Shown here piece by piece: positions 40,397-48,699 of a DNA stretch of 64,000 nt. Numbering within the stretch: position 1 is the stretch's first letter; every line of letters begins with the position of its first letter. Both the position numbers and the translations under genes were made by a program. Source of the stretch: an uncultured Clostridia bacterium (GTDB taxonomy: Bacteria; Bacillota; Clostridia; Christensenellales; UBA1242); NCBI GenBank assembly GCA_944351415.1, contig CALVPQ010000002.1, forward strand, positions 801-64,800, written 5' to 3'. The notes beneath the pieces are model-generated. The model did not search any database, was not told the origin of the DNA, and saw only the letters and a list, made by a program, of their open reading frames with translations.

Positions 40397-40981
40397 ATGA
40401 TTAAAGTGATAAAAGGTAAATATAAAAATATAAGTTTAAAAGTTGATTATGATTATAACTTGATTGTGAAAGCTCCTAAAAAGGTTTCAGATTCATTTAT
40501 TCAAAATTTTATAATATCAAAACAAACGTGGATAGATAAACAAATAATAAGACTTACGGATATAAAAGATTTTAGAAAAAATTATAATTTTAAAGACTTT
40601 GTGTATCTATTCGATAAGGGAATAGAATGTAGAGAAAATAAAAAACAATTTTATGAAAATGCATTTTATTTCCAGATTATTCCGTTGGTAAAAACACTTG
40701 CAGAGCAGTGTAAATTATCCTATTCTAATGTCAAATTAACTAATTCTAAGAGGATTTGGGGGAGTTTAAACAACAAAAAAGAAATGAAGTTAAACTGGAA
40801 AATTGTTATACTGCCTAAAATATTGATTGAATACATCATTATACATGAACTTTGTCATGGAAAAGAATTTAATCATTCTAAGAATTTTTGGAAATTAGTA
40901 TCATCATATATAAAAGATTATAAAATAAGGAAAAAACTATTAGAAAGATATAGTTTTCTACTTAACGAGAAACTATATTAA
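40397..40981 (+). CDS. YgjP-like (DUF45 / M48-related) zinc metallopeptidase
   Basis: HELCHGKEFNHSKNFW is the HExxH...H signature of the family. The N-terminus KNISLKVDYDYNLIVKAP is typical. The maximal ORF starts at TTG 40361. Confidence 0.75.
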   Translation: MIKVIKGKYKNISLKVDYDYNLIVKAPKKVSDSFIQNFIISKQTWIDKQIIRLTDIKDFRKNYNFKDFVYLFDKGIECRENKKQFYENAFYFQIIPLVKTLAEQCKLSYSNVKLTNSKRIWGSLNNKKEMKLNWKIVILPKILIEYIIIHELCHGKEFNHSKNFWKLVSSYIKDYKIRKKLLERYSFLLNEKLY

Positions 40982-41120
40982 TTTAAAAACTTGACTACAT
41001 TATTATAATGAATTTATAAAAGGGAGATTTACATCATATTTAATAATTTTAGAGATAAAGTGAAAGTAGAATTTTAATATTGCTAGGGGGTATAATAAAC
41101 AAATTTTAAAGGGGATAATT

Positions 41121-41195
41121 ATGGTAAAAAAAATATGGCTTAAGCAATTTTTAATGCATACTACCATCTTATTGGCATCTTTTTATAATAGGTAG
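41121..41195 (+). CDS. candidate 24-aa hydrophobic peptide (MVKKIWLKQFLMHTTILLASFYNR)
   Basis: AAAGGGG RBS 7 nt upstream, and TATAAT at 41091-41096. Basic N-terminus plus a single hydrophobic helix. Not verifiable from sequence alone. Confidence 0.3.
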   Translation: MVKKIWLKQFLMHTTILLASFYNR

Positions 41196-41262
41196 CAATT
41201 TTATATCTATTCGTAAAACACAAGTTTTACGAATAGATGAACGCATAATAGCCATATTTTTT
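41128..41262 (+). ncRNA. structured RNA element with nested inverted repeats
   Basis: Outer 13-nt arms are AAAAAATATGGCT (41128-41140, inside codons 3-7 of the small ORF) and AGCCATATTTTTT (41250-41262). The inner perfect 13-bp hairpin is CTATTCGTAAAAC-ACAA-GTTTTACGAATAG (41207-41236). Confidence 0.45.
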
Positions 41263-41381
41263 AATCTATTTTGTTATTTTATAATAATTATTATTTTTGT
41301 ATTTTTATTTATATTTAGCCAATTTAGTTTTATTCTTAGTTTTTTCTATTATATCTAATAAGCTTTTTTAAAATCTTATGG

Positions 41382-41424
41382 AAATAAGTCTATTATATTT
41401 TTATAAATAAGTCTATTATATTTT
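41382..41424. repeat. 20-bp direct repeat, 23-bp period
   Basis: AAATAAGTCTATTATATTTT at 41382-41401 and at 41405-41424. A third partial copy, TCTATTATAT, lies near 41345. Confidence 0.85.
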
Positions 41425-41428
41425 GTTT

Positions 41429-42403
41429 TTACTTATTATATAAAATCTTATTCATCATTTTATTAAAACCTAGTATGTTATTGCCACACACCTCATCTTT
41501 AAAAATCGTTAAATTAGTATCATTTATAGATTTAACATCTTTTATCGGTCTTATTGAAAGATAATTAATTATTTTAACAAACACTTTATAAATATCATCA
41601 CCAAAATATAAATCTTCTGGACAAGAACACAAAATACTTTCCATAAATATTTGGTTACACATATTCCCATTTGTGTTATAATACATCGCATTGAATATCT
41701 TTAATATCTTTACAAAATTATCTCCTACAGCTTTTATTTTTTCTTCTAAATGTTTTACTCTTTCATCAATATTAATATTCACATAAACTTTCTTTTTTTC
41801 GTTATAATACTTAAATAACGTTCCATCATAACTTACAACATAAATATAAATTTTTGTATTTGAACCAAAATCATCTTTTCCAACTATTTGCAATAAGTTT
41901 CTATTCAAATATATTAGACTGGTTTCACTTAAATATTTTGCCACCGTATTTTGTAAATCTTCACTTAAGTCATATATTGTATATTTACTAGGATTAAAAT
42001 TTATTTCTTCGCTTTTTAGATTTATATTTTTTTCTTTCTCTTTTTTCTTTCTCCTTTTACGTTTTTTTATAAAAGTCTTTCTATTTTCCCAAGCCCATTT
42101 GATTCTGTCTTTAAAACGTTTCCAAAAACTTGATTTTCTGCTTGTGTTTAATTCCAGCTGAACATTTTGTATACCAAGCAAATAAATAAAATCTGAACCA
42201 TCAATAAAAGCACCACTAATAAGTTCATTAACTGGTTGTAAAACAATATTTTTAAGTGATAAAAATGAAACTTTTTCTGATAAATCCTTTAGTGCAGAAC
42301 CAACAACATAATTGACAAGTTTATTTGTATTGTTTAAAAATTTTTTGTTTTCTTGTTCTGCGATATTAGAAATCATTTCTTTTGAGACATTTAAGTTTTG
42401 CAT
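41429..42403 (-). CDS. hypothetical protein, possibly a degenerate Pol-beta/SMODS-like nucleotidyltransferase fold with a polybasic insert
   Basis: 324 aa. The C-terminal KILKIFNAMYY...NQIFMESILCSCPEDLY resembles the xLLKxW...SyxLExLv helix pair of OAS/CD-NTase-type folds. SGAFIDGSDFIYLL lies where GS...DxD would sit. Insert KKRKRRKKKEKEK. Confidence 0.3.
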   Translation of the reverse strand: MQNLNVSKEMISNIAEQENKKFLNNTNKLVNYVVGSALKDLSEKVSFLSLKNIVLQPVNELISGAFIDGSDFIYLLGIQNVQLELNTSRKSSFWKRFKDRIKWAWENRKTFIKKRKRRKKKEKEKNINLKSEEINFNPSKYTIYDLSEDLQNTVAKYLSETSLIYLNRNLLQIVGKDDFGSNTKIYIYVVSYDGTLFKYYNEKKKVYVNINIDERVKHLEEKIKAVGDNFVKILKIFNAMYYNTNGNMCNQIFMESILCSCPEDLYFGDDIYKVFVKIINYLSIRPIKDVKSINDTNLTIFKDEVCGNNILGFNKMMNKILYNK

Positions 42404-42483
42404 CTTTTTCCTTTATTAAGTTATCTATAAATAACTAAATGAGCTATATAAGTTTTCATTCAATTTAATTTATAATTATTAAA

Positions 42484-43776
42484 TTATTTATTTTTAGGAT
42501 AAATTTTTTCCATTCCGTCCATATAATTTCTCAAAACTTCAGGAATATTTACACTACCATCTGCATTAATATTGTTCTCTAAAAAGGCTATAAGCATTCT
42601 TGGAGGTGCAACAACGGTATTATTTAAAGTATGAGCATATTTTGTTCCTTCTGAAGTTTTAAATTTGATACCTAAGCGTCTTGCTTGTGCATCAGACAAA
42701 TTAGAACAAGAACCAAGTTCTCCAAAATATCGCTTTTGTCTTGGACTCCATGCATTTATATCACAGGATTTAACTTTTAAGTCAGCCAAATCACCGCTAC
42801 AACATTCCATAACTTCATGTGGAATGTTTAATGTTTGGAAAAATTCTGAAGATATTTGCCACATTTTATTATACCACGTCATTGAATCTTCTGGCTTACA
42901 AATAACTATCATTTCTTGTTTCTCAAACTGATGAACACGATAAATTCCACGTTCTTCAATTCCATGAGCACCTACCTCTTTTCTAAAACATGGTGAATAA
43001 GACGTTAATAATAATGGTAGATTTTCTTCTTTTAATATAGTATCTTTAAATCTTCCTATCATTGAATGTTCACTTGTTCCAATTAAGTAAAGGTCTTCAC
43101 CTTCTATTTTATACATCATGTTATCCATTTCTTCAAAACTCATAACACCATTAACAACATCACTTCTAATCATAAAAGGTGGAATACAATAAGTAAAACC
43201 TTTTCTAATCATAAAATCTCTGGCATAAGATAAAATAGAAGAATGTAATCTGGCAACATCTCCAGTTAGATAATAAAACCCATTACCACTAGTTCTACGA
43301 GCACTATCTAAATCTAGACCATTTAAACTTTCGAGAATGTCTGCATGATAAGGAATTTCAAAATCTGGAACTTTTGTTTCTCCAACAGTTAATCTTTGCA
43401 CATTTTCGCTATCGTCTTTACCAATAGGAACATCATCAGCAATAATATTAGGAATCGCCATCATATATTTTTTAAGTTCTTCAGAAAGTGTTTCTTCTTC
43501 TTTTTCTATTTCTTCAATACGTTTATTATTTGTAACAACTTGAGCTTTAATTTCATTGGCTTTTTCAATATTTTTTTCTTTCATTAAAATACCAATTTGA
43601 CTACTTAAACTATTTCTACTAGCACGAAGGGAATCTCCTTCTTTTTTTAAATTTCTAATCTTTTCATCTAAAACAAGAACTTTGTCAACATATTCTAATT
43701 TATGTTCTTGAAACTTTTTCTTGATATTTTCTTTGACTAAATTAGGATTGGTCCTTATTAAATTTATATCAATCAT
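42484..43776 (-). CDS. serS: seryl-tRNA synthetase
   Basis: N-terminal coiled-coil arm and class II motifs (FRKEVGAHG..., HTLNNTVVAPPRMLIAFLENN). Confidence 0.96.
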   Translation of the reverse strand: MIDINLIRTNPNLVKENIKKKFQEHKLEYVDKVLVLDEKIRNLKKEGDSLRASRNSLSSQIGILMKEKNIEKANEIKAQVVTNNKRIEEIEKEEETLSEELKKYMMAIPNIIADDVPIGKDDSENVQRLTVGETKVPDFEIPYHADILESLNGLDLDSARRTSGNGFYYLTGDVARLHSSILSYARDFMIRKGFTYCIPPFMIRSDVVNGVMSFEEMDNMMYKIEGEDLYLIGTSEHSMIGRFKDTILKEENLPLLLTSYSPCFRKEVGAHGIEERGIYRVHQFEKQEMIVICKPEDSMTWYNKMWQISSEFFQTLNIPHEVMECCSGDLADLKVKSCDINAWSPRQKRYFGELGSCSNLSDAQARRLGIKFKTSEGTKYAHTLNNTVVAPPRMLIAFLENNINADGSVNIPEVLRNYMDGMEKIYPKNK

Positions 43777-43983
43777 AAATCCTCCTTAAAATCTTAGAAT
43801 AATTATACTAGCATTATAGGAAATAGTCAATTAAATTATAAATATTAAAAGAAAACTTTTTCTCCGTTAAAATTATAAACATAAGTTAGATATAGAAAAA
43901 ATACTAAATATAGTATTTGATATGTAAATATATACTACTATATATAGAAAATTATAAAAATAAGTCAAATTTTTAATTTTTAA

Positions 43984-44012
43984 TTGATTTAAAATATGGA
44001 AAATGATATAAT
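43984..44012 (+). promoter_or_regulatory. promoter giving a leaderless recombinase mRNA
   Basis: TTGATT, 17 bp, TATAAT. The ATG at 44019 is 6 nt after the -10, with no SD. Confidence 0.5.
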
Positions 44013-44018
44013 AATGCT

Positions 44019-45053
44019 ATGAAACAGATGAGTTATTATGAGCAACGAGATTTGCAAAATAGACTAAAGATGTCTAAATATACTGAAAGACTCCCCGACT
44101 ATTGTATTGATTTTTTTATTGGCATAGAGAACAATACATCATCACTTACTCGGTATAACTATGCAATGGATTTATATGTTTTTTTTAATTATCTAGCTAA
44201 ATACGTTTTTCATAAAGATGAAGAAGCAATTAGTTTACAAGATATTAATTCATTAAAAACAAGAAATATTGAACAATATCTATCATATTTAAGTTATTAT
44301 GAAATAGATGGTAAATCCTGTAAAAATGATGAAAAAGGAAAAGCAAGAAAACTTGCTTCTTTAAGAAGTTTTTTTAAATATCTTTTTAATCATGATATGA
44401 TTGATGCAAATATTGCTAGTAAAATAGATACACCTAAACTCCATAATAAAGAAATCATACGCCTTGAAGATTATGAAGTTAAGCGACTTATGAATACAAT
44501 AGAAAATCCTATTGAGTTAACTAAACATCAACAGGCTTACAATAAAAATACTTTTGAACGTGATAATGCTATCGTGACATTGTTTTTGGGAACTGGCATT
44601 CGTATATCAGAGCTTGTAGGTCTTGATGTGGAGAGTTTTGATTTTGAACAAAATGCTTTCTTAGTAACACGTAAAGGCGGTAATCAAACAACATTATATT
44701 TTTCTAAAGAAGTTTCCTTGGCGCTTAAAACATGGCTAGAAAAAAGAGCCACATTAGGACTCCCAAAAGATGAGCATGCTATGTTTATATCTTTACAAAA
44801 TAAAAGAATTTCAGTTCGTGCGGTTGAAAACTTGGTAAAAAAGTATGCTCAAATAGCATCACCACTTAAAAAAATTTCTCCACACAAACTAAGGAGCACC
44901 TTTGGCACTAATCTTTATAAAGAAACAAAAGATATTTATATAGTGGCAGATGTATTAGGTCATAAAGACGTTAACACAACAAAGAAACATTATGCTGCTA
45001 TTAGCGAAGATATGCGTAAAAGTGTTGCAGATAAAATAAAAATAAATGAATAA
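44019..45053 (+). CDS. tyrosine recombinase, XerS-like
   Basis: Catalytic RISE...VTRKGG...HKLRST...GHKDVNTTKKHY. Its 344-aa length, the VTRKGG motif and the N-terminal pattern resemble streptococcal XerS more than XerC or XerD. Confidence 0.65.
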   Translation: MKQMSYYEQRDLQNRLKMSKYTERLPDYCIDFFIGIENNTSSLTRYNYAMDLYVFFNYLAKYVFHKDEEAISLQDINSLKTRNIEQYLSYLSYYEIDGKSCKNDEKGKARKLASLRSFFKYLFNHDMIDANIASKIDTPKLHNKEIIRLEDYEVKRLMNTIENPIELTKHQQAYNKNTFERDNAIVTLFLGTGIRISELVGLDVESFDFEQNAFLVTRKGGNQTTLYFSKEVSLALKTWLEKRATLGLPKDEHAMFISLQNKRISVRAVENLVKKYAQIASPLKKISPHKLRSTFGTNLYKETKDIYIVADVLGHKDVNTTKKHYAAISEDMRKSVADKIKINE

Positions 45054-45122
45054 AATATGAATAATATTTGTTTACTTGCACAATATATATGTGTGAAGGA
45101 GATATGCTTCACATTATGTAGG

Positions 45123-45170
45123 AAGAAGCCAAGCTGATGAATTATGAGTTTTGGCTTCTTTTTATTTTTT
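45123..45170 (+). terminator. terminator after the recombinase gene
   Basis: Stem GAAGCCAA/TTGGCTTC followed by TTTTTATTTTTT. Confidence 0.7.
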
Positions 45171-45195
45171 ACTAAAATAATTCAAATTAAAAACA

Positions 45196-45232
45196 TAAAA
45201 ATAGAAACCATATCTTAGTTTCTATTTTTATA
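45196..45232 (-). terminator. terminator after spoIVB
   Basis: Stem ATAGAAAC/GTTTCTAT flanked by A/T runs. Confidence 0.65.
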
Positions 45233-45258
45233 ATAAATAAATAGTTATAAATTAATTA

Positions 45259-46485
45259 CTATATTTCTAATTGTTCTAACATCCAATCGCTGTAAACACC
45301 ATAACCTTTGCTTGAATCGGAAAGAAAAACGTGAGTAACAGCTCCCACAATTTTGTCGTTTTGTATAATTGGTGAACCACTCATTCCTTGAACAATACCA
45401 CCTGTTAAGTTTAGTAATCTTTCATCTGTAACTCTAAAAACAATACTTTTATCACTGCTCTTAGACTGAAAGTTTGCTTTTATAATTTCAATATCATATT
45501 CTTCTCTAATTCCACTTACACTAGATACAATTTTAGCTTTACCTGGTTTAACACTTAATCTTCCCCCTATTTTTAAATATCTATTAGTATCTACTAAATT
45601 ATCAAAATCTATGATTTTCCCAAATATGCCATAAGGTGTATTTTTAGATATATTCCCCTTTTCATTTTTTTGTAAAAATACCGCTTTAAGTTCGCCAGGT
45701 TTACTTTTTGAACCCTTATTTATCCCTATTAAATTACAATCATAAATTTTTCCAGTTGAAACAGGTATAACTGTTGAGCTATTTCCATTCATTATAGAAT
45801 GTCCTAAAGCTCCGTAATCACCATTATCTTTTTTTATAAATGTTAAGGTTCCAATACCTGAAATATCATCTTTTACCCATACACCAAGACTATGTTTATT
45901 CCCCTTTTCTTTTATTAGTTCAGTCTTAATATCCTTAACTTTATTATCTCTAATTATTTCAATATTTACTGTATTATCAGTAGTACTTTCTATTGTTTTA
46001 TATATATCTTCAACAGCATCAATTTCTGTCCCATTTATCTTTTTTATTATGTCACCACTTTTTAAATTTTTATTTTTAATAATAGTTCCTGTATCGGTAT
46101 CTATAATAGTATCACTAACAACAATCATTCCATCAGTCTGTATGTAAATTCCTATGGGCACTCCACCAACATAAGCTTCTTCATCTGATAAAATATTAAC
46201 TTTAACCTTTTTGATAGGAATTAATCCAAACAGCTTAAATAAAATAGTTCCTTCCTTTTCTTTATTTGAACCTGTTTGAAGTTCATTCTCATTAAATGAC
46301 AATGATACAAACTTTCCAAATCTACTATCTTTATTAGCAATTTCAACTTCATTATAATTAGTATAAAAATTCCCATTTATTTCTGCGATGTCTGTTATTT
46401 TTATATTACTATAAATTATAAAAATACAAAATAAAAAAAATGCTATAATGATAATAAATGGTATTTTTTTCTTTATTTTATACAT
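45259..46485 (-). CDS. spoIVB: SpoIVB signalling serine peptidase (S55)
   Basis: N-terminal TM, a PDZ domain (LKSGDIIKKINGTEI), then GIGTLTF...GHSI...QGMSGSPI protease motifs. Follows recN as in Bacillus. Confidence 0.9.
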   Translation of the reverse strand: MYKIKKKIPFIIIIAFFLFCIFIIYSNIKITDIAEINGNFYTNYNEVEIANKDSRFGKFVSLSFNENELQTGSNKEKEGTILFKLFGLIPIKKVKVNILSDEEAYVGGVPIGIYIQTDGMIVVSDTIIDTDTGTIIKNKNLKSGDIIKKINGTEIDAVEDIYKTIESTTDNTVNIEIIRDNKVKDIKTELIKEKGNKHSLGVWVKDDISGIGTLTFIKKDNGDYGALGHSIMNGNSSTVIPVSTGKIYDCNLIGINKGSKSKPGELKAVFLQKNEKGNISKNTPYGIFGKIIDFDNLVDTNRYLKIGGRLSVKPGKAKIVSSVSGIREEYDIEIIKANFQSKSSDKSIVFRVTDERLLNLTGGIVQGMSGSPIIQNDKIVGAVTHVFLSDSSKGYGVYSDWMLEQLEI

Positions 46486-46495
46486 TTATCCTCCC

Positions 46496-46526
46496 TCAAA
46501 AAAAAAGACTAACCTAAATGTTAGTC
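46496..46526 (-). terminator. recN terminator
   Basis: On the minus strand: stem AGACTAAC/GTTAGTCT followed by T9. It ends about 10 nt before the spoIVB RBS. Confidence 0.75.
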
Positions 46527-46544
46527 TACACATTTCAAAATATT

Positions 46545-48212
46545 TTATACCTTTTTACCAGTAAGCTCTCTCATTTCTTTTGCATGAGAAATAGCAATAT
46601 CGCTTACATTATCACCACCAATTAATCTGGCAATATTATAAATTATCTTATTTTCTTCTAATTTCTCAACATTAGTTATAGTTGAATTATCAATTTCAAG
46701 CTTACTCACATAATAATAGTCATCTCCAAAGCAGGCAACCTGAGGAAGATGTGTAATACAAATAATTTGAGCATATTTAGTTAAATTATTTAATTTTTGC
46801 CCCACAACATTTCCAGTTTCACCACTAATACCAGAATCTATTTCATCAAAAACTAGTGTTTGTGCACTTCCAATCTCTGCAAATATATTCTTAAAAGCCA
46901 ACATAAATCTACTAAGTTCTCCACCAGATGCTGTTTTTGATAATGATTTCAATTCTTGCCCCTTATTGGCTGAAAAAATAAATTCAACACTATCTTGTCC
47001 GTTAGCTGTTATATCTTTTATTCTATCAAATTTAACTTCAAAAGAGCTAGATTTCATTCCTAATTGATGCAACTCAGTAGTTATTCTTTTAGTAACATCA
47101 TCAGCAACTTGTTTTCTCATATCAGTTAACCTATTTGCATATTCTTGTAATTTTGAAAAAACTAGCTTTCTTTCATTTTCTAATTTTGCAATAACTGCTT
47201 CACTATTTTCAAGCTCATCAAACTGTGTTTTTGCTTGTTTAAGATATTCCAATGTCTTTTCAATAGAGCCACCATATTTTTTTGTTAAAGATTTAATAAT
47301 GTCATGACGTCTGTCTAAGGTTTCATATTCATTTTCATCATACTCAGTTGATAATTTTATAGCATTCAATGTTTCACAAATATCTTCCACTTCATATCTA
47401 ACACTATCTAGTCTTTGTTTACAATCATCTATATTATCAAAACCTAAAATAGACGATAAAAGTATTGATGCTTGCTGTAGATTATTGATACAGGCATCTG
47501 AATTTTCAGAAAGCAATTCTTCACAACTATTTACGGCTTGGAATATCTTCTCAGAATTATTTAAAAATTTTAATCGTTCATTAACTTCTTCGTCCTCTTT
47601 AGGTTGTAAATTAGCATCTTCAATTTCCGCTATTTGGTATGATAAAAGAGATTTCATTCTTTCTCTTTCATAGTTATCACCACCAAGATTTGCAATTTTC
47701 TTATTAATGTCTACTAAACTTTGATACTCTTTTTTTACTAGGTCTTTTAATTCCTTTAAATTTATTCCGCCAAGTTTATCAAGCATTATAATATGATTTT
47801 TAACTTTTAGCAAATCAACACTTTCATGTTGTGAATAACTATTAACAAGAATATCACCAACTTCTTTTAAAACACCTTGGGTGGTTGGAATACCATTTAT
47901 TCTTATGTTTGATTTACCATCTATATTATAAACACGAGATAATACTATTTCTTCTCCTTCAAAACCAAGTTCACTAAGCATGTCTAATGCCTGTTTTTTT
48001 ATATCAACAAAAACGGCATCAACTCGCATAGAATCTTCACCTGAACGTAATAAAGTTTTATCGATTTTTGCACCCAACACAAAATTCAGTGCATCAAAAA
48101 TAATACTTTTACCTGCGCCTGTTTCACCAAGAAGAACATTAAATCCTTTTCCAAAATCTATTGTTAAACTTGATATTAAGGCCACATTATTTATTGATAA
48201 TGTTTGAAGCAT
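46545..48212 (-). CDS. recN: DNA repair protein RecN
   Basis: Walker A GETGAGKS, a long coiled coil, the signature SGGELSR, and Walker B LVFDEID. Confidence 0.96.
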   Translation of the reverse strand: MLQTLSINNVALISSLTIDFGKGFNVLLGETGAGKSIIFDALNFVLGAKIDKTLLRSGEDSMRVDAVFVDIKKQALDMLSELGFEGEEIVLSRVYNIDGKSNIRINGIPTTQGVLKEVGDILVNSYSQHESVDLLKVKNHIIMLDKLGGINLKELKDLVKKEYQSLVDINKKIANLGGDNYERERMKSLLSYQIAEIEDANLQPKEDEEVNERLKFLNNSEKIFQAVNSCEELLSENSDACINNLQQASILLSSILGFDNIDDCKQRLDSVRYEVEDICETLNAIKLSTEYDENEYETLDRRHDIIKSLTKKYGGSIEKTLEYLKQAKTQFDELENSEAVIAKLENERKLVFSKLQEYANRLTDMRKQVADDVTKRITTELHQLGMKSSSFEVKFDRIKDITANGQDSVEFIFSANKGQELKSLSKTASGGELSRFMLAFKNIFAEIGSAQTLVFDEIDSGISGETGNVVGQKLNNLTKYAQIICITHLPQVACFGDDYYYVSKLEIDNSTITNVEKLEENKIIYNIARLIGGDNVSDIAISHAKEMRELTGKKV

Positions 48213-48226
48213 ATCTCATTCACCTT

Positions 48227-48679
48227 TTAATTTAACATATCATTAAGAGTTACGACAGCTTGGCTCGCAAGTGTTGTTGTTGGGAAAATTAACATTACAG
48301 TGTCATCACCATTAACAGCCCCCATAAGCTCATTTATATTTAGTTTATCCACAAAACTAGACAGCCCTGACCCCAAGCCTTTCATAGTTTTAATAACAAC
48401 AAGATTCATAGCAACCTTTACTGATATAACCGATTCTTTAAAAATAGATATGTATTTATTTGAAATAACTTGTTCATCAGAACCAACAAAACAATATTTA
48501 TACTTACCAGAACTTGATAAAATTTTTGTAAGACCAAGCTCTTTGATATCTCTTGAAATTGTTGCTTGAGTGATATCAAAGTTTGCATTTCTAAGTTCTC
48601 TTGCTAGTTCATCTTGAGTTTCAATTTCTTTTGTAGAAATTAGCTCCAAGATTTTCGACTGTCTAGCGCTTCTTGCCAT
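48227..48679 (-). CDS. argR: arginine repressor ArgR/AhrC
   Basis: R..I..LI......TQ.EL N-terminal wHTH (QATISRDIKELGL) and C-terminal GAVNGDDTVMLI. Confidence 0.93.
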   Translation of the reverse strand: MARSARQSKILELISTKEIETQDELARELRNANFDITQATISRDIKELGLTKILSSSGKYKYCFVGSDEQVISNKYISIFKESVISVKVAMNLVVIKTMKGLGSGLSSFVDKLNINELMGAVNGDDTVMLIFPTTTLASQAVVTLNDMLN

Positions 48680-48699
48680 TATTTTCTCCTTGAATGCTA

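Noticed and set aside
43777-44018. An expected T-box leader upstream of serS.
   Set aside because: No AGAGA/GNUGNGA stem I elements and no GGUGGUACCRCG T-box core appear on the minus strand. The spacer is almost pure AT. Compare the clear T-box upstream of pheS.
44019-45053. The tyrosine recombinase as a marker of an integrated phage or ICE.
   Set aside because: No phage, conjugation or cargo genes flank it, and no flanking direct repeats are visible. Its neighbours are serS and spoIVB-recN-argR. A chromosomal dimer-resolution (Xer-type) role fits better.
45091-45113. Hairpin TGTGAAG-N8-CTTCACA after the recombinase gene, as a separate regulatory element.
   Set aside because: The stem is short with no T-run, and it lies just upstream of the convincing terminator at 45123-45170. 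It is probably part of the same 3' UTR structure.
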